A DNA stretch of 64,000 nt from assembly GCA_048013815.1 (NCBI GenBank), contig CM106585.1, positions 14,880,001 through 14,944,000 on the forward strand, read 5' to 3'. The stretch comes from Setoptus koraiensis. Taxonomy: Eukaryota; Animalia; Arthropoda. Numbering within the stretch: position 1 is the stretch's first letter; each line of letters opens with the position of its first letter. The position numbers were made by a program, and so were the translations under genes. This document shows, piece after piece, positions 1 through 11,185 of this stretch. Below the pieces are notes generated by a model. That model searched no databases and was not told the DNA's origin. It saw nothing but the letters and a program-made list of their open reading frames with translations.

Positions 1-1060
1 TGAAGACGATTTACTTCATTGCGTATAAAATGTACCTCGCAATCGAAACAATTGTCGCGTTGAAAGTGGCGCTCCTGTCCGAATCCGCAACTTCTCACAT
101 GACCTTGTCATCGTCGTTTATAGTTTATATTCATCATGGTACAGAACGTAATTGATTATTTAGATATATCCGCAATTATGATATGTACACTACCGCTGAC
201 ACAATTTAGAGTTTGTTAGCTTGTATCTTGGCTCATTAGCTCTGAATCTGTCGCTGAAAACCTCACCTTTTCTTAATATTTTGACGCCATGATTCTGACA
301 GTATCCACAATTGGGGTCCTTTTTGGTGCCTTTGAGTTTTGTCTCCTTACCGCTAATCACTTGCAGGATGTCGCTTGTCGATAAGAGCAAATATGTTGTT
401 GTGGTTTTAGATTAAAATTTAGTTGGACTTGATTAGTGGATTTGTTGATTGTTGTCGGTGATTTGCGCTCAATTTATAAAAAATTACCTTCTAGCATCCA
501 ACAGGCGACATCTTAGGCACATGCACTTTTTGAATGGGCAATCTCTGGCGTGACCTGTAAATTTTCAATATATTTACGTTGACAAACCGGTAAGGTAAAT
601 GAATTAGGCTCTCGGTGATAGATTCTCGATCTCGCGTATCGGTTTTGAGATGCTCGAGATCGAAATAGCTTCTGAGGCTCGACAAAAAGAGGACGAAAAG
701 CGATTCCGCTATGCCGTTGTCAAGCAAGCAAGAGCTCGATCGCACGAATTTGAACAACACACTCAAATACGTTACAGCAAGAATTATTACAAGCTTAAAG
801 TGCTCCAATTAAGAGTGAATCAAAATTACGGTAACTACTAACAGGAAGAGGTGAGACCTAAATTTGCGGAATCTAGTTTGTTAGATCAAGAAATTCGTCA
901 ACTTGAGGAGCACGAGCGCCACGATTGGTTGGATGTTATAGCCTATAAATAGCTTACCTTTTTTGAGCACCTCAAAGTCATGATTTTGACATTTGCCACA
1001 CTTGTTTCCATTGTCGCAATCGAATTCTCTGCTGCTACTGCTCATGTTGCTAGGCCACAT
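1..1060 (-). CDS. Doublesex/mab-3-related (DMRT family) transcription factor with two tandem DM domains; 3' end runs off the window
   Basis: Exons 1060-958, 554-488, 373-267 and 103-<1 join in frame across GT..AG introns. Product: MWPSNMSSSSREFDCDNGNKCGKCQNHDFEVLKKG|HARDCPFKKCMCLRCRLLDARS|DILQVISGKETKLKGTKKDPNCGYCQNHGVKILRKG|HVRSCGFGQERHFQRDNCFDCEVHFIRNEVNRL. CxxCxNH..KGHxxxCxxxxCxCxxC is the DM signature. Confidence 0.85.
655..925 (+). pseudogene. Degenerate fragment of the Rab11-FIP (nuf-like) coiled-coil exon inside intron 1 of the DM gene
   Basis: Translates EIEIASEARQKEDEKRFRYAVVKQARARSHEFEQH, matching the intact gene at 12.6-13.0 kb, then deletions and frameshifts. Confidence 0.85.
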
Positions 1061-2293
1061 GATGATCTCACTGACAAGGGATATGGATTTGATTTGTTTA
1101 AAGAGACACGTGAAGTGGTGGTTATGACTAAGATAACGACAATGCTTCAAGAGGCTATCAGATTGCCGTCGAGAGTAGCTAGCTGACTTCAATTCAATTT
1201 GATTTAATCTCAATTATTAATAGGTTATATGGAATATGTAAATGTTGTTGACATCGGTCTATATTACTCTTGTCCACCTATAAACAATAATGTTTCATTT
1301 ATTTGATACTGTGAGTGGATAAATTGGATATTAGATATAACTATTATTATTATTGATGCATTAGTATTTGGAACCATCGACTGACTTGTTGCGTTGTTTG
1401 ATACAATGGTCACAATTAATCACAACTATTCACGAAGGGTAGAATAAAGAGGTGTAAAATTGCTGTTGTTTGTTGTACTTTTTTTTTCAATATGACTGCT
1501 GCTGTTGCTCGAATGTAAATTTGACGAGAGAACTGGATGTTCGATAAACTTCCGTCGGATTGTAGTGATCATATTTGATCAAGGTGTGATTAGTTTGAGT
1601 ATTAAACAACAAAACTATCATATAATATAATTACAAGTTGTACAATTGCTTGACTTCACTTGATATGTTACTTCTTGCACAATTCTATCAATGATTAGAC
1701 GTTCACGAAATCAAATTGTTGTGTGTTGTTCGTGATGTTTGCTGCAAACCTTTGTTTCCACCAATACAATCAATTGCTTGCTAACGCAATCAACAATAAT
1801 ACTCAAATGCCCAATTTTGTTTGTATAAATTGTTTAAAAACAAACAAATATCGTTTTTTTTTCTCTCTCACACGCTCCCTCTTTCATAGCAATTCATTGT
1901 GATCAGTCTTGTTAACGTTTTGAGTACTGGTGCCATCTAACGTTGTTATGCTATTGAACTATAATTAAATGATTGTTGCATGCGCGCAAACAACTGCGCA
2001 ACGACTAAATTGATTATATAGGGTGTCCCTGCTATAGAGAATCGTGTGCCGCACATGGGCACAGGGCATCAAGTTGCATCATGTGTTACATGAAAACTAA
2101 CGAACAGGAGAATGAAGCTTTGCTCAGAAGCTACCAAAAAATATTTATGATATTGAAAATGTTTTCAAGTTCCAACTACCCTTACACAAATGAGGGAGAG
2201 AAAAACTTACACCAAGCTCAGCTACATTCTCACTTTAATATTAACAATCAGCAAACATGTTAACCATATGGAATACCACCATATGTGTAACAG

Positions 2294-3474
2294 TTTGAAC
2301 AACTACAGCGACAGGTTGAAAAACTCACAGAGAGTCAGACATCCAAAGACGAGCGTTGCATGAAAACTAGACAGTAGAATGAGGCTTTGCTAAATAGGTG
2401 AGCTTGTTGAACAATAATAAACGATTTCTCAAGATATTCATGAAGCATTTAAACTGATTAATCTTTTACTATTATCACAATCTGATTGAATTTTATTAGG
2501 ATTCATGGTCTTGAGGACCAGATACGCGAGATCGAAATAGCTTCTGAGGCTCGACAAAAAGAGGACGAAAAGCGATTCCGCGATGCAATGGCCAAGCAAG
2601 CGAGAGCTCAATCGCACGAATTTGAGCAACACACTCAAACAAATTACTTGTTACAGCAATTATTACAAGCTAAAAGTGATCTAATTAAGAGTGAATCAAA
2701 ATTACGGAAACCACGAAAGGAGAAAAGAACACTTGAGGAAGAGTTGAGACCTAAATCTGCCTAATTAAGTTCATTGGATCAAGAAGTTAACCAACTCAAG
2801 GAGCAAGTGCGCCACTTAAAAGAAGAGGAAAATGTCATATCAACGCCGACTGGTGTTCTAATCAATTCCAAGATCAATCACCAGTGAATCCAAGATGCAA
2901 GGGTTCGGCCAGGCTGACTTGTTGCTACATCAACAATGAGGGTAAATGGATATGTAAGGTTGCATCCAAGTTAGCTTGTTGTGATTACGACGACAGTGTT
3001 GGCTCTCAATCACAAACTAGCAGAAATATATTACAAAATGGATCATGGAATCCTAACACAGACAACAGCACTATTGGTGAGAGTGGCCTTATCAGTGAAT
3101 TAGAGAAAAATCTAAGATTAGTTCGTGAAGAAAATAGAAATCTTAGAGAAGCCAATGAAGAATTACAGGCACAGTTGCTCAACAGTCATCTAGAGGAAGG
3201 CCGATCCTTGGTTCAGGAGGGCAACAAATCATACAGTCTAGCCGATGAAATCGGTGACATTGACGTTCAGCAAGTGGTCAAGGCACTCAAGGAACAACAG
3301 GAAGACAATGCACGATTGAGAGATTATATCGATAATATTTTATTGAACATAGTAGAAAATCACCCGCAACTTTTAGATAGAACAGTATCTCAGAATACAT
3401 CATTCCATGAAAAATCAACGACTGCAAATGATTCTATGACTGTGCCGCCAACAAAAACGACGACACCACCGTGA
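2294..3474 (+). pseudogene. 5'-truncated Rab11-FIP3/4 (nuf-like) pseudogene
   Basis: Same last two exons and intron as the 11978-13186 copy. Lesions: in-frame TAG in KTRQ* (about 2375), TAA at 2762-2764, and a frameshifting deletion near 2865. The 3' ~600 nt, including the FIP Rab-binding domain, is almost identical to the intact copy. Confidence 0.9.
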
Positions 3475-4256
3475 TATTCCTATTCCGCTCATGGAGGAAA
3501 TTCATCAAGACGCGACGTGCACACTTGAATATTGTTGCACCAACAATCGATTTTTTTTTGTCATGGATTTTATTAGTAAATCAATAAATGACTTCTAGAT
3601 GAAATTCTAGAGGAGAAGAAGAGAAGACTTAAATTATAACAATAAAAACTAAAATCAGTCGTAGATACAGATACATGGGGGCCAGTAAGTTGTAAAATGA
3701 TTGAACCGATGAAAGTGATAAGTGAGCACAATGTTTTGATTTGCCCACACACATTTCGACTTGACTAAATTGCTCTACTACAGCACGGCTTCATTGATCC
3801 TTTTTCTTTCACAGACAACTACAAATAGGGGTGTGTCATGAAATTATCGAGCGTTGATCTTGTCAGCCATACATACAGATAGAGAGAGAGAGAGGCAGCA
3901 TGTGTAGAACAATGTTGTTCGTTTTTTTTTGGCGCCACTATGTAACAACAAAAACAACAGGTCGAGAATAGACACGAGTGAAAAACTGGATTAGCTGGAC
4001 GCAGCGAACAGGTATGACAACGAATCAAGGCGACATAGCTCAACGTGAAGAAGACGATCCTATGAGGGATGATGGTGCGTGTGGTGTTGATATCGAAATT
4101 GACGAAGGAAGTAAGGTTCAAATCCTCACACTACACGAGTTATGCCCATGTGTCTCGCCACGTCTAAGTAGTAATCTGATACGTTTGTTTACACAAATTT
4201 GTACGCATTTTTAACACACGCAAAATTATTGAGGCTTACGGCGAAAACTGTTGATT

Positions 4257-4350
4257 GGCGACTGTAACCACTCATCAAAGTAGGCTGTGATACGAATATA
4301 TCTCATTGTCAACATAATCATAGCCACTTTGACGATGCGAATCAGTCGCC
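4257..4350 (-). ncRNA. mir-2: pre-miR-2 family hairpin, left copy (mature 3p at 4271-4292, UAUCACAGCCUACUUUGAUGAG)
   Basis: Mature sequence has the miR-2 seed AUCACAG and the CUUUGAUGAG tail. It pairs with the 5' arm UCGUCAAAGUGGCUAUGAU, and the base is closed by GGCGACUG/CAGUCGCC. Located next to mir-71. Confidence 0.9.
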
Positions 4351-4443
4351 CCATATTCTGTAAACGTGCCGCGAAACTGATGTTGAAAGCTTCCGTTCTT
4401 GTGACATTCATACATGATGTTTTCTGGTTGTGGTTATGAGCAT

Positions 4444-4523
4444 CCCATCACGTCAAAGACAAGGTAGTGAGATGAATAGGATACAGTGACAACATCTCAT
4501 TACCCAGTCTTTCACTCGATAAG
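4444..4523 (-). ncRNA. mir-71: pre-miR-71 hairpin, left copy (5p at 4493-4514, UGAAAGACUGGGUAAUGAGAUG; 3p at 4451-4472)
   Basis: 5p resembles canonical UGAAAGACAUGGGUAGUGAGAUG with an intact seed. 3p UCUCACUACCUUGUCUUUGACG resembles canonical miR-71-3p. The arms base-pair. Confidence 0.9.
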
Positions 4524-7500
4524 ACAACAGATAGCACTAGATATACACTTAAAACACTATTACTTGAGCTGTAGATAATTCTTGAAAGTAACTAATGTTG
4601 ATCGGTTTCACTGTGACCACTCAATGATGGTTGTTGCTTCACTACGATGATTTGTTGACTGTTTCAATGATCAGACACATTTAGTGTCTACTTATATGCC
4701 ATAAGCGTTGTATTTTTTCCGTTGTCATCTTGTTGGGTATCGCGTGGACTTGTTGTTAAAACTAGTTAGTAATTAATACATGTCTTCATAGTGTCCTCTT
4801 GTAATAAATATCTGATAATAGTATTATTATTATTATGATTAAATGATTTTGACTCATGCCAACAGTGAATAATAGTGTGAGCAAAGAGCATAACAGGCTG
4901 TAGAATGTGAGTGCTGAAGTTGAAATAATTTTAAAACGTTGTCTATAATAGTGTGTGATTAGGCTTAAAATTAAAGATTTCAATGAAAATAATAATAATA
5001 GTTGTATGGATAAATATTAGAATTTATCAATTATTAGGCTAAAAGAATAGTCTCTAATGCTAACTGACTATTTATTTATAGGAGTACATGTTAGGCTATT
5101 TGTTTGCGCAAGAGAGTGAGAGAGTGTGTGTGTGTGTGTGTCTGTGTGCTTGTGCATGTGTCGATGTGTTTGTGTGCAACTGGCGTGCTTGTGTCTCTCA
5201 GTGTGTGTGTGTGTGTGTCGGAATAGAGAACAGTGGTGAACAGTGCAGAACAGTTGAGAGAGAAGAACATCGAGTGAACAGTGCATGGCGTCAGTATCCT
5301 ACAGAGTAGACCAACAATTATTCTCTTTTATTTTGTTAGTGTCAGTATTTGGTGTTCGCGTCTACATGCACTAACAGGCATAGTAGACATTGTGAACAGC
5401 GCGCACAGAAGAGCGCTCTTGTTTCGTTGTGCGTCAGCACACCGAATTGAACCAAAGATGTGCACGGGCCCAATGGTGCAGCCAGCCAATGATGGGCTAG
5501 CAATGCTACAGTGCCACAGTGCTACAGTGCTAGCTGGCAACTTCGGCAGCAACTCTCAAAGTAGAGTCTGTACTCACGTTAGGTAAGTTGAAGCTGTGCC
5601 TTTGTGGGCGCAAGCAGTTGAGTCAGCGGCAGACACAACGAACGCGCACTCACACTGCCACAGAACAGACAGCGCCAGCAGCAGCCCTTGTCAGCGCAAA
5701 TTTTGTGTGCAGTCTCACACAGAAAACAGCAGCGCATTGTGCTTGTGTAAAAGCTCACACAAACACATACACTCGCACTCACAAAACTAGCGACAAACTC
5801 ATTTCAAAATGGCCGCCTCTTTTCCTGAGTTTCCTCTGACGCGCCGCTAGCACACACACACACTCACACCAACATGCACACTGGCACATGAAAGCCTACA
5901 ACCAACTGAAATGCATGAAGAAAGCACGCACAAGAATTGCAGTGGAATAATGCTAGTTCTGTTCACCGAGTGGCGATAGTTAGTGAGAGAGCGCGGGCAC
6001 TTACGGACATGCGTGAAGGCATTAGTATAGTAGTCAACGGCAACGGCAATGTTGTCGAGTGGGAGTAAAATAGGCGCAATTCTAAAGAACACAAGAATGC
6101 CGTAGAATAACTGTGCCCTACTGATGTGAGCGTGTTTTTAATGCTACAGTACAGTGTAATTGTAGAGAAAAGTACAGTACAGCTCGCGCGGCGCGGCGCG
6201 CCTGAGTTTGAGCCAAACTCAGCCGCCTATTTTCGAACTCACAACCGTAGCACTAGTGTGCATGATACTGGTGCCTAATGAATGCGCGCGCGCATCATCT
6301 ACAGTCTGTCGACTGCAGACAAGTATAACGTTCGTTAGTGCACTAATAATAATAATAATGGTCCATTTGCAGCAATCTTCTCGAGCCACTAAAGATGCGC
6401 GCGAACATCCCATCCGTTTCGAAATTTTCGCGCATTTTCCCCACAACCACACACCTGGTCGGAAAAATATCCGGCAGAGCGACGCTACTCGCAACTTTCT
6501 ACAAGCAGTGTAAGCGAGCTGCAGTCGATCTGCAGGATTGCGAACTGGTAAACATAGGTAGTGCGCCCCCTTGCACCGGAACGCGCACCCACGCGCCTCT
6601 GCTCAGGAGCGAGCAATCAAAAAAAGAAAACATTCAACGGAACAGTCTAACGGACGCACTTTGGTGGCTCGATGTCAGCGCCTCTGGTAGACTTTCCTCA
6701 AACTAGGTGTGCTGATATCGGAAATGTATTGTGGTATAAGAATTTCCGCTCATGTTTACCGATACATTTCATATATTCGTGAGCACCTTACGGGGAGTTT
6801 GAAGAAAATTTAGGGATCCGTCGCAGTGGCTTCTCGCGATCCGGGTCCGGTCTGAAGCCGACGCGGACGGATTTCCTAGCGATATCTTTCGCAGGTTCGG
6901 ATCGAATCGCGCGCATCTCTGCAAAACAGCGCGTAATCGTTCTTCACTCGTCTAGTTTGTGCGCCAGGGAGCGCTCCAGGCGCAAATAGAAGTTGGCAGC
7001 TCTGTTGTTTGGCAGCGCAAACTTTGCAGTGCGAAGTCATCTGGAGTTTGGATGATTCATGGACAACAACAACCACAAGAACAGCATATCTAGTGCTAAT
7101 AACGTATTCTAATGGAGTACAAGTACAGTTATAATACAAACGCTCTCCCGAGTATTAGAATGTTCGAATCAAGTTCACTATCAACTGGTAGACAAAATTC
7201 AGGTTCCATCGCAGCTTTGGGGCAGCTGCAGTTCGGGAATCCGCTTGTGCAGCTGAATGCGATGTGTGTCGTCTTAATAATGAGATAGTCGCGCGATGAT
7301 GCTTTTTCAATCTGTCTGTTGATTGTAAATTAACAATTGTAGACACTTGGTTGTCTTTTTACTTAAGTTGGTCTGTTGGTGTGCCGGCCAACATTGGCAA
7401 ATATGGTAGCCATGGCAACAGAACATGCCAGTGGCCACATTGGTCAAGATGAGCGACTTTCTGTTGACAAGAAGCGGATGCTGTTGCTGTTGATTTGTTG

Positions 7501-7773
7501 AGAAGTTGACACAAGTTTGCTGCGCGCCCACAGTTGTAGAGGCGCCTCTTCTGAAACTTGCAAAACTTTCGCTGCAGCAATGGATTGCATTGTTGCTTGT
7601 TACTGTTGTTTAGAGCGCCACCGGCAGGGTCGGGTTGTTGACACTCAATTCTGTTCAATGTTCAGTTCGAGGATCTCATGTCTGTGACACGAGTTTTACA
7701 GTTTGTATAGCTCGATATCTATATTTAACAAGATGCGGTTTCGTTTCGGCGGGTCATGTTTTTCGCACAAAAT

Positions 7774-7895
<122 letters not shown>

Positions 7896-10364
7896 AGAGA
7901 TGAGTTCACCTGTTAGTCAGAAATCATCGCGCTGCTATGAGTGCGAGAGAGCGTCACCAGTATGGCTTGCATTATATTGCGTCCTGCGTCATGTGCGTAT
8001 TGCCTCCAAAACAACCAACAACAACGGCAGCAGCAGCAGTTACATAATCCATAGTTGATAATGGGGCATGAGTCATGGCGGATAACAATACAAAAGTCGT
8101 CTAGCCAATACAGCTATAGATTCTGTTTATATTTATATCTATTCTGTAAACATACAATGAAAATACCACATATAAACAAGGCCACACCCTCTGTGCTGTG
8201 GCGCACTTTCGGTAGCGCCCTCTATGAGTCGTGCATAGCTGGAAACAGTTTGACGATGTCAGGAGAGTGGCCGCTGTGTGGCGTTTGCCGATGCACCAAT
8301 GCCAGAATGGTTCGGTAGGTGTCCGTTGGAGTGCTTGCAGCGACTGTCTAGTTGGTGCAAGTTGTTGTCTCCGTTGTACAGTTGTCTAGTATCACTCTGC
8401 ACTGCAGAGTCTGCACTGCAGATTGTATTGGTTGTTGTGTTGGCGAGATAGTTCGAGGCGCTCACGCTCGAGGACGCTTTAAGCGCCGACCAGTGGTCCA
8501 ACATGAGTGTGTGTCTCGATAAATGTCTCGATTTTTATTCTTTTTTTTACGTCAACTTATTAGACAGCGACTTGACGTTGGAGGTGAGCAGCCACTAGTA
8601 ATTTATGTATGGCGGCCGATCCGTATGCCAGCATAGATGTAGCGCCTTGAATAAGCCTCCGTGCGAGAGACAAGTGAACTAAGTTGAAACACAGCACACT
8701 GACTTGCGAGTTGCACCCTGCACACAGTGCATGTGTGTGCGCTGCGTATAACATGTACATGTCCATCATGCAAGCGCGCCATGGTTGCTCGGGTCGACGG
8801 TCGCGTTTGCCAGTTCACAGCAACTGCAGCGACAGGATTGATGCAGCTTGTCGCGCTCGTTTGCTTGCATCGACACAAACAGACAGTGACTATGCTTATA
8901 GGCAATAGGACTAGCCAATCGCGAGCGAAACTGCATCTAGTGACTAGATTCTAGTGACAATGGAGTGGGCACCAGCGACTGCGTGCCAGCCCGCAACATT
9001 ATCTCGCTGTGGCACTGTACGTTTCCACTGGTACAGTTGCCGCTGGTACTGTTAAAACCATCACAACAGTAACAGCAACAACAACGACAGAAACAATTGT
9101 GCCTGCCCCTCATTTGATGCCCTCGCACCAGCAGCAGCAGCAGACACAAACCGTGCCGTTTGTGTCTGTATGCGCTGCACGTTAGAGCATAAATGTTGCT
9201 CTCCTCTGTCTGTGCTGCGTGGGGATGGCAGTTGGCAGTTTTACATTTTCAGCAGCCCGCTCGGTCAGTTATACTGCACTGCACTGCACCGCACTACACT
9301 GCATTGCGCTGCTGGCTACTCGTGTGCTTATGCGTGCACCGTCTATTTTATGCTCACAACCGTGTGTTGCCGTTGCCCACTGCCGATGCTTTCACGCATG
9401 TCTGAATGTGCGCGCGCTCTCTTTCATTCTCTGTCTCTCTCTCCTCTCTCCATCAGCCTGCACTATTCCTGCACTGCAATTCTTGTGCGTGCATTCTTCA
9501 TCCATTTTACTTTATAGGCTCCAGTGTGCCATTGTAAATGTGTGCGTGTGCGTGCTTGAGCCATTAGATTGTGTGTGTGTGTGTGTGTGTGTGCTGGCTG
9601 GCTGAGAGCGCGTCAGAGGAAACTCAGAAAAAGAGGCGGCCATTTTGTGAGTGCGAGTGTATGTGTTTGTGTGAGCTTTTACACAAGCACAATGCGCTGC
9701 TGTTTTCTGTGTGAGACTGCACACAAAATTTGCGCTGACAAGGGCTGCTGCTGGCGCTGTCTGTTCTGTGGCAGTGTGAGTGCGCGTTCGTTGTGTCTGC
9801 CACTGACTCAACTGCTTGCGCCCACAAAGGCACAGCTTCAACTTACCTAACGTGAGTACAGACTCTACTTTGAGAGTTGCTGCCGAAGTTGCCAGCCAGT
9901 CCGCCAGCCAGCACTGTGGCACTGTGGCACTGTAGCATTGCTAGCCCATCACTGGCTGGCTGGCTGGCTGCACCATCGGGCCCGTGCACATCTTTGGTTC
10001 AATTCGGTGTGCTGACGCACAACGAAACAAGAGCGCTCTTCTGTGCGCGGCGCGCTGTTCACAATGTCTACCCTGCCTGTTAGTGCATGCAGACGCGAAC
10101 ACCAAATACTGACACTAACAAAATAAAAGAGAATAATTGTTGGTCTACTCTGTAGGATACTGACGCCATGCACTGTTCACTCGATGTTCTTCTCTCTCAA
10201 CTGTTCTGCACTGTTCACCACTGTTCTCTATTCCGACACACACACACTCAGAGACACAAGCACGCCAGTTGCACACAAGCACATCGACACATGCACAAGC
10301 ACACACACACACACACACACTCTCTCACTCTCTTGCGCAAACAAATAGCCTAACATGTACTCCT

Positions 10365-10382
10365 ATAAATAAATAGTCAGTT
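10365..10382 (+). promoter_or_regulatory. Candidate core promoter of pri-miR-71/2 (TATAAATA and GTCAGTT Inr-like motif); mirrored on the minus strand at about 5063-5080
   Basis: Motifs lie about 550 nt upstream of mir-71 on the miRNA-sense strand in both arms, downstream of CA-repeats. TATA-Inr spacing is atypically short. Confidence 0.35.
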
Positions 10383-10920
10383 AGCATTAGAGACTATTCT
10401 TTTAGCCTAATAATTGATAAATTCTAATATTTATCCATACAACTAATATTATTATTTTCATTGAAATCTTTAATTTTAAGCCAATTCACACACTATTACA
10501 GACAACGTTTTAGAATTATTTCAACTTCAGCACTCACATTCTACAGCCTGTTATGCTCTTTGCTCACACTATTATTCACTGTTGGCATGAGTCAAAATCA
10601 TTTAATCATAATAATAATAATGCTATTATCAGATATTTATTACAAGAGGACACAATGAAGACATGTATTAATTACTAACTAGTTTTAACAACAAGTCCAC
10701 GCGATACTCAACAAGATGACAACGGAAAAAATACAACGCTTATGGCATATAAGTAGACCCTAAATGTGTTTGATCATTGAAACAGTCAACAAATCATCAT
10801 AGTGAAGCAACAACCATCATCGAGTGGTCACAGTGATACGGATCAACATTAGTTAATTTCAAGAATTATCTTCAGCTCAATTAATAGTGTTTTAAGTGTA
10901 TATCTAGTGCTATCTGTTGT

Positions 10921-11000
10921 CTTATCGAGTGAAAGAATGGGTAATGAGATGTTGTCATTATATTCTATTCATCTCACTACCTTGTCTTTGACGTGATGGG
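10921..11000 (+). ncRNA. mir-71: pre-miR-71 hairpin, right copy (5p at 10930-10951, UGAAAGAAUGGGUAAUGAGAUG; 3p at 10972-10993)
   Basis: Same hairpin as 4444-4523 with four differences: three in the loop and C>A at nt 8 of the 5p arm. Confidence 0.88.
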
Positions 11001-11091
11001 ATGCTCGTAACCACAACCAGAAAACAACAAGTATTAATGTCACAAGAACGGAAGCCTTCAACATCACTTTCGCGGCACGTTGACAGAATAG

Positions 11092-11185
11092 GGCGACTGA
11101 TTCGCATCGTCAAAGTGGCTATGATTATGTTGACAATGAGATATATTCGTATCACAGCCTACTTTGATGAGTGGTTACAGTCGCC
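11092..11185 (+). ncRNA. mir-2: pre-miR-2 family hairpin, right copy (mature at 11150-11171)
   Basis: Identical to the left hairpin over 94 nt. Confidence 0.9.

Larger units (their letters stand above)
2128..6060. repeat. Left arm of a large inverted duplication (partner about 9365-13347)
   Basis: Reverse-complement identity: aagctacc at 2128 pairs with about 13347; nuf stop 3474 pairs with 11978; ctgacgcgc at about 5843 pairs with about 9607. Weaker homology continues to about 6060/9365. Confidence 0.95.

Noticed and set aside
4226-4411. ORF conserved in both arms (..GRLIRIVKVAMIMLTMRYIRITAYFDEWLQSP..; also 11001-11216)
   Set aside because: It overlaps the miR-2 hairpin; the conservation is explained by the RNA and the duplication. 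The starts differ between copies.
8941-8962. miR-279/996-like seed TGACTAGAT
   Set aside because: It arises from a 15-nt local palindrome; no pre-miRNA stem and no 3' similarity.
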